Below, in pieces: positions 55,872 to 64,000 of a stretch of DNA of 64,000 bases. A program made the position numbers and the translations under genes. Positions within the stretch are counted from its first letter, which is position 1; each line of letters opens with the position of its first letter. Below the pieces are notes generated by a model. The model made no database searches. It worked only from the letters and a program-made list of their open reading frames with translations, and was not told the DNA's origin. This DNA is from an uncultured Clostridia bacterium (GTDB lineage: Bacteria; Bacillota; Clostridia; Lachnospirales; Anaerotignaceae): the NCBI GenBank assembly GCA_944383885.1, contig CALWRF010000017.1, positions 4,441 to 68,440 of the forward strand. The letters are read 5' to 3'.

Positions 55872-56336
55872 GTGGTTCATTTGGTATACGCTTTGACTGT
55901 TTTGAGTATAATATGCTCAGACCTATTTACAAAAAAGCTCATAAGTGATAAGCTGTATATTGAAGAAATAAAAGAGATTATAAAAAATAAAGTCTATTTT
56001 TGGCATAAAAAGAATAGGGGTTTTTCTTATAACAGGCTTGAGGATAAACCTTTTTATGTTAAGGCTATAAGCGGTTTTGTGTGCATTATATCATTTTTAT
56101 CGCTGCGGTCCGCTATATTTGAAAATAAAATAGACTTATCAAAGTTAAGTTTCTGCTTATGCTTTGCAGGGGCAGTATCCAATTTTGTTGACAGAATGAA
56201 AAACGGTTCTGTTACAGATTTTATATATGTTAAATTTAAAAACGCGCCTGTATTTAATTTAGCAGATGTATTTATTGTTTTTGGATTTGTTTCCTTTGCT
56301 TTAACTTTTTTTATAAGCTCTTTAAAAAGTAAATAA
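55872..56336 (+). CDS. lspA: Lipoprotein signal peptidase (LspA)-like membrane protein, divergent
   Basis: About 150 aa with 4 hydrophobic segments. The catalytic-Asp motifs SNFVDR and VFNLADVFIVFG are present. The usual N.GAAF(G/S) motif is replaced by NRGFSYN. The start is either GTG at 55872 or, with better SD spacing, TTG at 55881. Confidence 0.7.
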   Translation: MVHLVYALTVLSIICSDLFTKKLISDKLYIEEIKEIIKNKVYFWHKKNRGFSYNRLEDKPFYVKAISGFVCIISFLSLRSAIFENKIDLSKLSFCLCFAGAVSNFVDRMKNGSVTDFIYVKFKNAPVFNLADVFIVFGFVSFALTFFISSLKSK

Positions 56337-56367
56337 TTATTTGTTTAATATTCCTGGATTGTTCGAT

Positions 56368-56541
56368 AACCGATTATTTTGAACCTACATTATTAATACG
56401 GGAGTCTTATATGAAACTGATATGCCAGGCCTCTTACTAATTCCCTTTGGGCTGAGGAAGGCAAAATAAGTTGCTGCGGACACCCACCTGGCTTCGGCTA
56501 GGTGTCAAAAAATCGGAACGGCAGTTCGGGATTATTTTTTT
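56368..56541 (+). ncRNA. Candidate structured cis-regulatory RNA (unclassified; riboswitch-like three-way junction plus terminator)
   Basis: Long-range helix: 56370-56382 with 56505-56516, 12 bp with one bulged A. Second helix: 56400-56407 with 56478-56485. Hairpin: CACCUGGC-UUCG-GCUAGGUG at 56485-56504. Terminator hairpin: 56511-56533 followed by A and U7. The terminator's 5' arm overlaps the 3' strand of the long-range helix. Confidence 0.45.
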
Positions 56542-56546
56542 GCGCC

Positions 56547-56588
56547 AAACAGGCTGTTTTATATTTTAAACTGCCTGTTTTTTATTTT
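56547..56588 (+). terminator. Strong intrinsic terminator immediately upstream of the SpoIID/LytB gene
   Basis: AAACAGGC (56547-56554) pairs with GCCTGTTT (56573-56580), running into a T-rich tract (TTTTTTATTTTT). Confidence 0.75.
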
Positions 56589-56641
56589 TATACAATAATA
56601 TTTGCTGTTTATCAATCATATATTAGGGGGAGGTGGTGTAA

Positions 56642-58996
56642 ATGGCAATGTTTAAAATAATTGCAGTTATATGCGCATCAGCTGTGCTTTTTACAGGCTG
56701 TTCTTTTTCGGATATCAAGGACTTAGGCTCCAAAGTGCAAAATGCAGGACAAGCTGTAATGCCTTCAGGAACTGATGTATATACATTTGATTATCCCGTA
56801 AGCAGAGCTCTTGCAGCAAGAATGGTGTCTTTGGTTTTTGGAAACGGCGGTATAAGCGGTGAAAGCAAGTTTTCAGATGTATCTGAAAATGACTGGTACT
56901 GCGGATATGTTAATAATGTATTTAACGAGGGAATTATGCTTGGCGAAGGCGATATATTTAACCCTATGGCATCTGTTACATATAAACAGGCTCAAAACAT
57001 ATTAAAAAAGTTAGACCTTAACTCAGCTGATAAAAACATAGAAAACAGTGATATTGCCGTATCTTATGATTTGTGGTGTAAAATGCTTTTTGGACCTATA
57101 GAGAATAATTTAAGTGATTATGGCGTTGAGAAACGTGAAATAAGTATTTTTGCTACACCGGGGTATGGAATGGATGAAAGCTGGAAAGTATCAACAGCGA
57201 CAGGTGTTATGAATCATGAAGGGCTGTTTGTTGACGGATATATAGATAAAACTGTTGAAGCCTACATAAAAGGTGATGAAATTATAGCTGTTACAGATGT
57301 AACAGATGAGAGCTGTTATATTAGCGACGCTTATGTAAAGGGCGGAGATATATGTCAGGTTATGTTTAATTCTGGCAAGAGAGATGTTTTAAACAGAACA
57401 GGTTCAGAAATTACTGACGGGGTATACGACTTAAAAATAGAAAACGGCGCTGTAACTGAAATAACAGGAGTTTATAAAAAAATAACCGATGATGTATTAA
57501 AATATGCCGATAATAAAATTGAAACAAGAAATAACGGCATTTACGCCTCAGCAGAAACAAAGTTTTATTCAGCTGATGAAAATGGGAATATAGATTTTGA
57601 AAGCAAATTTATTTCAGGCGGGAATTATGATTTGTATATTAAAGATAATACAGTAAAAGCCGCTGTTTTTAACAATGCGTTTAACGGACTTATAAGGGTT
57701 GTTTTAAGTACAGACGGTTTTAACGGCTACCTGCATGAAAGTGCGCTCTTTACAGGACATTTTTCTGTTTTAATTAACGGCAAAGAGCTTTTAAAAACAA
57801 CAAGCCTTCATTTAACACAGGAAAATGACGGAGGCATTTTTGACAACACTTCAAGAATAGTTTTAAAACCTGTTTCAGGCAGCATAACTGTTGAAAGTTT
57901 TAACAGAAACTATCCTTCAGGCACGCATCCGTCATACAGTGGTAGTATTGAAGTTGAAAAAGCGGAAAATGGATTTATTATAGTTAATGAAACTGATATG
58001 GAAAGTTATATTAAGGGTGTCATTCCAAGTGAAATGCCTGAAAATTACGGGCTTGAAGCTCTTATGGCACAGGCTGTCTGTGCAAGAAGCTACGCCTATA
58101 ATCAGTATTTCAGCGGAAAATATATTTCTTACGGTGCTGACTGCGACGACTCTGTTATGTGTCAGGTGTATAACAATATACCATCGGGAGAAAATTCGCT
58201 TTTGGCTGTGGAAAAAACAAAAGGTCAGTGCGTTGTATACGGAGATGAAGTTATAAATGCATGCTTTTTTGCATCATCTTCTGGTGCTACGTCCAACTCA
58301 TCTGAAGTATGGTCGGATTCGGTTACAGGTGAATTTCCTTCAGAAAATAAAGAATATTTAAGCGCCAGAAATAATACCGGCGTCGATTTTTCAGACGAAA
58401 ACGCAGCTTTAAATTATTACAAAAATACAAACGCTTTTGCTTATGACAGCTGGTCGCCATGGTTCAGGTGGAATGTGACTTTTACAAAAGATGATATTAA
58501 AAACGCTTTTGTAAATAATATAAAAAGTGTATACGAAAGCGGCATGGCTGAAATTCATGCCGGGAATACACCTGTTTTGGAATTTTTTGAAAACCCGGGA
58601 GAGTTTACAAACATGGAAGTATTGCAAAGAGGTGAGGGCGGAAACATTATGGTATTAAGGCTTACATTTGAAAAAGGCTCGGCGGATATTTCAACTGAAT
58701 ACTGTATCCGTACTGTGCTTAAACCGGTTTCTTTAACAGGCGGAAATATTACTTTATATTTAAACGATGGAAGCCGTAAAAATAATTACTCGCTTCTTCC
58801 AAGCGCGTTTTTTGCGTTTGAAAAAAACTATACAAGCGAGGGCGGGATTTCATCTGTTAAGCTTTACGGCGGTGGAATGGGTCATGGCGCTGGCATGAGC
58901 CAAAACGGAGCAAAATATCTTTGCGAACAGGGAAAAACTTACAGTGAAATACTTGAGATTTATTATAAAAATATAAAAATAAAAAATATGTATTGA
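56642..58996 (+). CDS. SpoIID/LytB domain lipoprotein with an N-terminal SLH-like repeat
   Basis: 784 aa. The lipobox is AVLFTGC. An SLH-like segment is present (FSDVSENDWYCGYVNNVFNEGIMLGEG..FNPMASVTYKQA). The C-terminal SpoIID/LytB motifs are EALMAQAVCARSYA, FFASSSGATSNSSEVW and GHGAGMSQNGAKYL. A GGGGGAGGTGG SD is present. Confidence 0.85.
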   Translation: MAMFKIIAVICASAVLFTGCSFSDIKDLGSKVQNAGQAVMPSGTDVYTFDYPVSRALAARMVSLVFGNGGISGESKFSDVSENDWYCGYVNNVFNEGIMLGEGDIFNPMASVTYKQAQNILKKLDLNSADKNIENSDIAVSYDLWCKMLFGPIENNLSDYGVEKREISIFATPGYGMDESWKVSTATGVMNHEGLFVDGYIDKTVEAYIKGDEIIAVTDVTDESCYISDAYVKGGDICQVMFNSGKRDVLNRTGSEITDGVYDLKIENGAVTEITGVYKKITDDVLKYADNKIETRNNGIYASAETKFYSADENGNIDFESKFISGGNYDLYIKDNTVKAAVFNNAFNGLIRVVLSTDGFNGYLHESALFTGHFSVLINGKELLKTTSLHLTQENDGGIFDNTSRIVLKPVSGSITVESFNRNYPSGTHPSYSGSIEVEKAENGFIIVNETDMESYIKGVIPSEMPENYGLEALMAQAVCARSYAYNQYFSGKYISYGADCDDSVMCQVYNNIPSGENSLLAVEKTKGQCVVYGDEVINACFFASSSGATSNSSEVWSDSVTGEFPSENKEYLSARNNTGVDFSDENAALNYYKNTNAFAYDSWSPWFRWNVTFTKDDIKNAFVNNIKSVYESGMAEIHAGNTPVLEFFENPGEFTNMEVLQRGEGGNIMVLRLTFEKGSADISTEYCIRTVLKPVSLTGGNITLYLNDGSRKNNYSLLPSAFFAFEKNYTSEGGISSVKLYGGGMGHGAGMSQNGAKYLCEQGKTYSEILEIYYKNIKIKNMY

Positions 58997-59072
58997 TTGG
59001 CATTAATTGATGGTACATATATAATTTTTGTGGTATCATGTTTTGTAGAATATTAAGAAATATGGTGATAAC

Positions 59073-60605
59073 ATGGTATCTATTGTTAAGTGCAGTACGC
59101 TTTGCGGTGTTGACGGTATAATTACAGATGTTGAAACAGATATATCAAACGGACTTCCGTCTTTTGAAATAGTAGGTCTTCCTGACTCGGCTGTTAAAGA
59201 GTCTAAAGAAAGAGTCAGAAGCGCCATTAAAAACTCCGGTTTTGATTTTCCTGTTAAAAGAATAACAATAAACCTTGCTCCAGCTGACATTAAAAAAGAG
59301 GGTCCGTCTTTTGACCTTCCTATAGCTGCCGGAATAATGCTTTGCTCCGGGCTTGTGCCGCCTGATTCTGCCGGCGGGTATTTAATAACCGGCGAGCTTT
59401 CACTTGACGGCACTGTTAAGCCTGTAAGCGGTGTCCTGCCTATGGTATACAGCGCTTTTAAAGATGGCATAACAAAATTTATTGTTCCGGAAAAAAATGC
59501 CGATGAAGCAGCCTTATGCCGCGGTGCTGAGGTATATACTGTTAAGAATATAAAAGACTTTGTTGATTTTCTGAATAATCCGAGAACTAAAAAGCCTTAT
59601 AAAATAGATACCGATGAGATTTTTAATTACAGAGATAAATCAGATATACTTGATTTTGCCGATGTTAAAGGACAGGAAAATGTAAAAAGGGCAATGGAGA
59701 TTGCTGCCGCCGGATACCACAACATACTTATGATAGGACCGCCCGGCTCAGGCAAAACTATGCTGGCAAAGCGCCTGCCTTCTATTATGCCGCCTTTGAC
59801 ATTTGAGGAATGTCTTGATATAACAAAAATATATTCCGTTGCCGGGCTTTTGAAAAACAGCGGAAAGCTCATAAATACAAGACCTTTCCGCTCGCCGCAC
59901 CATACAATTTCATCGGCGGCGTTAACAGGCGGCGGCAGAGTGCCTAAACCGGGAGAAATTTCACTTTCTCACAAAGGAATACTTTTCCTTGACGAGCTGC
60001 CGGAATTTAGCAGGAGCGCTCTTGAAATACTGCGTCAGCCTCTTGAGGACAGGGAGGTTACAATTTCAAGAGTAAACTCCACTATTACTTATCCGGCAGA
60101 CTTTATGCTTGCGGCAGCTATGAATCCGTGTCCGTGCGGTTATTTAGGCGACGGAGATAAGTGCCGCTGCACACAAAACGAGATTGCCAAATATACAGGC
60201 AAAATAAGCGGACCGCTTCTTGACAGGATAGATATTCAAGTTGAGGTATCAGCTATAAAGTATGATGATTTATACAACAAGAAAAAAGGCGAAACATCTG
60301 AAGAAATAAGAAAGCGTGTGCTTAAAGCGCATAAAATACAGCTTGAGAGATATAAAAACGACAATATACAGTTTAACTCGCAGCTTACAGCGCCGCTTAT
60401 AGAAAAATACTGCCCTTTGGGCGGGGAAGAAAAGGCTATGCTTAAAATGGCTTTTGACAAGCTTTCATTAAGCGCAAGAGGGTATCACAAAATACTTAAA
60501 GTTGCAAGAACTGTTGCCGACCTTGATAATAGTGAGGATATAAAGCTTAAACATATATTAGAGGTAATACAATACAGAAGCCTTGACAGAAAATATATGA
60601 TGTAA
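59073..60605 (+). CDS. comM: YifB/ComM family Mg-chelatase-like AAA+ ATPase
   Basis: 510 aa. It has an N-terminal Lon-like domain (GLPSFEIVGLPDSAVKESKERV), Walker A GPPGSGKT, Walker B LFLDELPEF and the C-terminal motif GYHKILKVARTVADLD. Confidence 0.9.
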   Translation: MVSIVKCSTLCGVDGIITDVETDISNGLPSFEIVGLPDSAVKESKERVRSAIKNSGFDFPVKRITINLAPADIKKEGPSFDLPIAAGIMLCSGLVPPDSAGGYLITGELSLDGTVKPVSGVLPMVYSAFKDGITKFIVPEKNADEAALCRGAEVYTVKNIKDFVDFLNNPRTKKPYKIDTDEIFNYRDKSDILDFADVKGQENVKRAMEIAAAGYHNILMIGPPGSGKTMLAKRLPSIMPPLTFEECLDITKIYSVAGLLKNSGKLINTRPFRSPHHTISSAALTGGGRVPKPGEISLSHKGILFLDELPEFSRSALEILRQPLEDREVTISRVNSTITYPADFMLAAAMNPCPCGYLGDGDKCRCTQNEIAKYTGKISGPLLDRIDIQVEVSAIKYDDLYNKKKGETSEEIRKRVLKAHKIQLERYKNDNIQFNSQLTAPLIEKYCPLGGEEKAMLKMAFDKLSLSARGYHKILKVARTVADLDNSEDIKLKHILEVIQYRSLDRKYMM

Positions 60606-60655
60606 TCATAAAATCAGCCGATAAAGCATACCATTTTTTGAAAGGGTGGTGCTTT

Positions 60656-61258
60656 TTGGCTGATTTAATTATTTTTATAATGAGTATTGTTGACAAATTA
60701 GGATATGCCGGTGTTTTTTCCGCATCGGCTTTGGAATATGCATGTTTTCCTCTTTCAAGCGAGCTGCTGCTGCCTTTTATAGGCTGCTGCGTTTATAACG
60801 GCGAGATGGAGCTTATACCGGCAGTTTTATACGCCACATTGGGCGCTGCCACCGGGTGCTCATTCTGCTTTTATGTTGGAAGGATAGGCAAGAAATTTTT
60901 GGAGAGGCTCTGCGTAAAATATCCGGCGGTAAAAGGCGGAATTAAATCAGCTGGAGAAAGCTTTGACAGATACGGTGATTTTTCAGTTTTTATGCTCAGA
61001 CTTTTTCCTATAGCCCGTACATACATATCGTTTCCGGCAGGCATGAGCCGCATGGCATACAGGCGCTTTATTATATATACTTCTTTAGGCGCTTTTGTCT
61101 GGAACAGCGTTCTTATATCTTCCGGTTACATATTAGGGGAATACTGGCAGGAAGTATCCGACTTTATGTTCAGGCATAAAAGTGCGTTTAATATAATAAT
61201 AGCTTTTATAATAATTCTGATTTTAACTAAAATTATAAAAGGCGGCGCTAAAAAATAA
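60656..61258 (+). CDS. DedA family membrane protein
   Basis: GYAGVF....LEYACFPLSSELLLPFIG and the conserved F.GR..P..R-like stretch (LRLFPIARTYISFPAG) are present. TTG at 60656 lies 6 nt after AAAGGGTGG. Alternative starts are 60638 and 60680. Confidence 0.8.
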   Translation: MADLIIFIMSIVDKLGYAGVFSASALEYACFPLSSELLLPFIGCCVYNGEMELIPAVLYATLGAATGCSFCFYVGRIGKKFLERLCVKYPAVKGGIKSAGESFDRYGDFSVFMLRLFPIARTYISFPAGMSRMAYRRFIIYTSLGAFVWNSVLISSGYILGEYWQEVSDFMFRHKSAFNIIIAFIIILILTKIIKGGAKK

Positions 61259-61266
61259 GCGCCGCC
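61241..61266. terminator. GC-rich hairpin overlapping the dedA stop codon; acts as the pepF terminator on the minus strand
   Basis: GGCGGCGCT (61241-61249) pairs with AGCGCCGCC (61258-61266). On the minus strand the hairpin is followed by TTTTATAATTTT. Confidence 0.6.
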
Positions 61267-61272
61267 GATAGT

Positions 61273-63030
61273 TTAAATTCGGCAGAAACTGTCTATTTCG
61301 TTTTTAATAGTTTCTGCCGACAAATCCCAAAAAGCCTTATCAGAAAGATTAATGCCTATTGAAAGGGCGGTATCTTTTATTGATGCCATGCCTGTTAAAT
61401 TTAAGAATTTATTATAGTCTTTAACAAATTCCTTGCCGCTTTTCTGATATAAACCGTAAAGACCGCGGGATAAAAGCAGACCAAATGCATAAGGAAAGTT
61501 ATAATAATTATACTCAGCGTCGTAATAATGCGGTTTGCATACCCACATATACGGATGGTAGAGGCTTAAACTTTCGGAATATGCGTTTTTCTGCGATTTA
61601 ATCATAATTTCGCTTAACTCTTCTGCGCTTAATGAGCCTTCTTTCCGCAGTTTGAATACTTCGTCTTCAAATAAGAAGCGGCTTAATATATCGACTATTG
61701 TCTGCGCGCTGTCAGATAAATCACTTTCGGTTATAATAAGCGCTTCATCTTTAGAGGCGGTTTTAATGAGAGCATTTTTAACTATGCTTTCGCAGAATGT
61801 TGAGGCGGTTTCTGCAATAGGCATAGGATAGTTGCTGTTTAAATATGTTTCATTTTTAAGGCATTGTCCGTGGAAGCCGTGACCTAACTCATGGGCTATT
61901 GTAACAACATCGCTGAAAGAGCCGGTGAAATTGGTTAATATGCGGCTTTGACCAATGGCGTGGATATATGAGCAGAAAGCGCCGCCTGTTTTGCCTTTTT
62001 TAGGATAAACGTCTATCCAGCTGTTTTTAAATGCGTTAAGGGCAAAATTACCAAGCTCGGCGCTGAATGAGTTAAAGCTTTCGGCAATTATCTCCTGCGC
62101 TTCATTATAAGTGTATGTTTTGGAATTTTGCCCAACAGGCGCGAATAAATCATAAAACGGAAGTTTTCCGCTAATGCCTAAAATTTCAGCCTTTTTATTA
62201 AAATATCTGGCAAAACATGGGCAGAGGCTTTTAACGGCTTCAAACATTGCGTTAAATATGTCATTGTCAAGCCTTGAGTTTTCTATAGTCATTTCAAGAG
62301 GTGAAGAGTATCCCCTAAGGGAGCAGATATTAATTACTTCTCCTTTAATTGAGTTTAAGGCAAATGCCGCCTGATTCGATATGCTTTCAAGAGATTCAAT
62401 TTCGGCATTAAAAGCTCTTTTTCGTACATTTCTGTCACTGTCATAAGCCAAATTTCTGGTGGCAGAAAGAGGCTCGTCTTTTATTCCCGTATCTGTTTTA
62501 ATGTGGCAGACAGTGTTTCCGGTTATGTTTTCCCAAAGTTTTTCCCATGAAATAGAACCGGTATTGCGCAGCTTGGCGTACAAAACTTCTTCTTTTTCGG
62601 TAAGGGCATGCTTTGATTTTTTATAAAGCTCTTTAATAAAATAAGAATGCTCTTTAAGAACGGAATTTGAGTTAATGACTTTTTCAATATCATTAATATT
62701 TAAAAGATCGTGGCATACTTTTGACTCAGCTCCGGCGGTTTTGGCTGTAATGCTGTTTATTTTGTCAAGATATGAATAAGCCCTGCTGTTTTCTGAATTC
62801 TGGCTTAAATTTAAAAGGCAGTATTCCCTTAATCTGGACGCAAGTGTGCCCGCAGTATTTGAGTTTTCGATATAAGTCAAAAGTATTTCTGTAATATCTG
62901 ACTTTTTAGCTTTTTCCAGTTTTTCTGAAAGTTTTTCAACAAGTTCTTCTAATTTTTTTATATCGTTTTTAAATAAATCACAATCAAAAGATTTGTATAT
63001 TGGCGTTAAATCCCAGATTTGTTTAGTCAA
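61273..63030 (-). CDS. pepF: M3B family oligoendopeptidase F
   Basis: 585 aa with the zinc motif HELGHGFH and overall PepF-like length and organisation. Confidence 0.88.
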   Translation of the reverse strand: MTKQIWDLTPIYKSFDCDLFKNDIKKLEELVEKLSEKLEKAKKSDITEILLTYIENSNTAGTLASRLREYCLLNLSQNSENSRAYSYLDKINSITAKTAGAESKVCHDLLNINDIEKVINSNSVLKEHSYFIKELYKKSKHALTEKEEVLYAKLRNTGSISWEKLWENITGNTVCHIKTDTGIKDEPLSATRNLAYDSDRNVRKRAFNAEIESLESISNQAAFALNSIKGEVINICSLRGYSSPLEMTIENSRLDNDIFNAMFEAVKSLCPCFARYFNKKAEILGISGKLPFYDLFAPVGQNSKTYTYNEAQEIIAESFNSFSAELGNFALNAFKNSWIDVYPKKGKTGGAFCSYIHAIGQSRILTNFTGSFSDVVTIAHELGHGFHGQCLKNETYLNSNYPMPIAETASTFCESIVKNALIKTASKDEALIITESDLSDSAQTIVDILSRFLFEDEVFKLRKEGSLSAEELSEIMIKSQKNAYSESLSLYHPYMWVCKPHYYDAEYNYYNFPYAFGLLLSRGLYGLYQKSGKEFVKDYNKFLNLTGMASIKDTALSIGINLSDKAFWDLSAETIKNEIDSFCRI

Positions 63031-63165
63031 TTAAAATCTTCCTTTCCAATTTTTTAATAAAATATTGTATCATCTGCTGATTAATTATTCAATTGTTATG
63101 GAAAAATCATTCAGTTTAAAGTATAATTATAAAAACAAGACTATAAACAGGAGGTTGATTTAAGT

Positions 63166-64000
63166 ATGGATAAGAATAACTGGAAAATAGGAACACAAGC
63201 TGTGCAGGGTGTTTACTGGCCTGAAAATGCCAAACCGAGAGTTGTGCCTATTACAATGAGCACTACATACAGATACGATAACTGTGAGGAACTGGCAAGA
63301 GTTTTCGACCTTGAGCAGGACACAGACATGTATACAAGGCTTTCAAATCCAACAACAGATATACTTGAAAAAAAGATAGCCCTTATGGAAGGCGGAGTTG
63401 GCGCTCTTGCCACATCTTCCGGTATGGCTGCCATTACGCTTGCTGTACTTAATATGTGCAAAAAAGGCGACAGCATACTTGCCGCTAATAATATTTACGG
63501 CGGAGCATATACTGTTTTTACAACTACATTTAAAGATTTAGGCATTGAAGCCATTATGTTTGACCCTGATATTTCAGAAGAAGAAATGCTTGCTTTAGCT
63601 AAAGACAATACAAAGCTTGTTTATGGCGAGTCTATAAGCAATCCTTTAGCTAAAGTTCTTGATTTCGGCAAATTTTCAAGAGTAGCCCAAAAATTAGGCG
63701 TGCCTTTAATGATTGATAATACATTTGCCACACCGGCTTTATGCAAGCCTTTTGAGCTGGGAGCCAATATTGTTGTCCATTCTACAAGCAAATACCTTGA
63801 CGGACATGCTGTAGCTCTTGGCGGCATAATTGTAGACGGCGGAAACTTTAACTGGGATAACGGCAAGTTCCCTGATTTTGTTGAGCCGGATGAAAGCTAT
63901 CACGGTGTAAGCTATTTTAAAAACTTTGGAAAAACAGCTTACATAACAAAGGCAAGAGTACAGATGATGAGAAACTTCGGCATGACTCCAAGCCCGTTTA
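63166..64000 (+). CDS. metY: O-acetylhomoserine sulfhydrylase / Cys-Met PLP-dependent enzyme (MetY-like), 3' end beyond the window
   Basis: This ORF is not in the track because it runs off the window. The ATG at 63166 follows AGGAGG (63149-63154). The translation runs MDKNNWKIGTQAVQG...MSTTYRYD...YTRLSNPTTDILEKKIALMEGG...DNTFATP...HSTSKYLDGH, with the PLP-lysine motif. Confidence 0.88.
   Translation, partial: MDKNNWKIGTQAVQGVYWPENAKPRVVPITMSTTYRYDNCEELARVFDLEQDTDMYTRLSNPTTDILEKKIALMEGGVGALATSSGMAAITLAVLNMCKKGDSILAANNIYGGAYTVFTTTFKDLGIEAIMFDPDISEEEMLALAKDNTKLVYGESISNPLAKVLDFGKFSRVAQKLGVPLMIDNTFATPALCKPFELGANIVVHSTSKYLDGHAVALGGIIVDGGNFNWDNGKFPDFVEPDESYHGVSYFKNFGKTAYITKARVQMMRNFGMTPSPF

Noticed and set aside
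56440-56516. Resemblance of GGGCUGAGGAAGG...ACACCCACCUGGCUUCGGCUAGGUG to the TPP riboswitch core (CUGAGA ... ACCC ... ACCUGAUCUGG), and of the CUUAU/AUAAG pair to the S-box P1 helix.
   Set aside because: The spacing between the CUGAG element and the ACCC strand is about 20 nt too long. The pyrophosphate-sensor helix lacks its internal bulges. There is no GGGGUGC or GGCCC..AUGA..GCAACC, and the gene context is unrelated to thiamine or methionine.
56516-56527. GAAC-N4-GTTC, a Cheo/LexA-box-like palindrome.
   Set aside because: It is the stem of the terminator hairpin of the structured leader. It lacks the flanking C/G of the CGAAC-N4-GTTCG consensus on one side, and it precedes a cell-wall gene rather than an SOS gene, so it is probably coincidental.

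Overview
Visibly AT-rich chromosomal core segment of a spore-forming low-GC Firmicute, probably a member of Clostridia. It carries sigK, gpr and a SpoIID/LytB gene. Local gene orders match Bacillus subtilis: hemW-hrcA-grpE-dnaK-dnaJ, infC-rpmI-rplT, rpsT-gpr and nadD-yqeK-rsfS. About 55 protein genes are supported, mostly housekeeping. They include eno (5' truncated), thrS with a Thr T-box leader, radA, pyc, a TetR regulator with putP, and glxK. There is a split cobalamin-dependent methionine synthase plus a YitJ-like Hcy-methyltransferase/MTHFR fusion. Also present are rlmD, rmuC, the CIRCE-controlled dnaK operon, ribosomal protein genes, rny, a parE-parC pair divergent from topB, metA, an NMT1-type ABC transporter, fba, comM/yifB, pepF and metY (3' truncated). 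I found no rRNA, tRNA, CRISPR array, transposase or integrase. Five items stand out. (1) An unclassified, highly structured about 170-nt RNA leader lies between an LspA paralog and a SpoIID/LytB lipoprotein gene, and its closing helix competes with an intrinsic terminator. (2) An NTF2-like/GGDEF diguanylate cyclase gene is split by a frameshift exactly at a G9 homopolymer. (3) The sigK reading frame has a hydrophobic pro-sequence-like extension and a strong SD but no canonical start codon. (4) A translationally coupled PadR-sensor-membrane protein module has direct repeats bracketing its promoter. (5) Several very small, well-signalled ORFs are missing from the >=60 aa ORF track. All product calls rest on motif and family recognition by eye; no database search was run.
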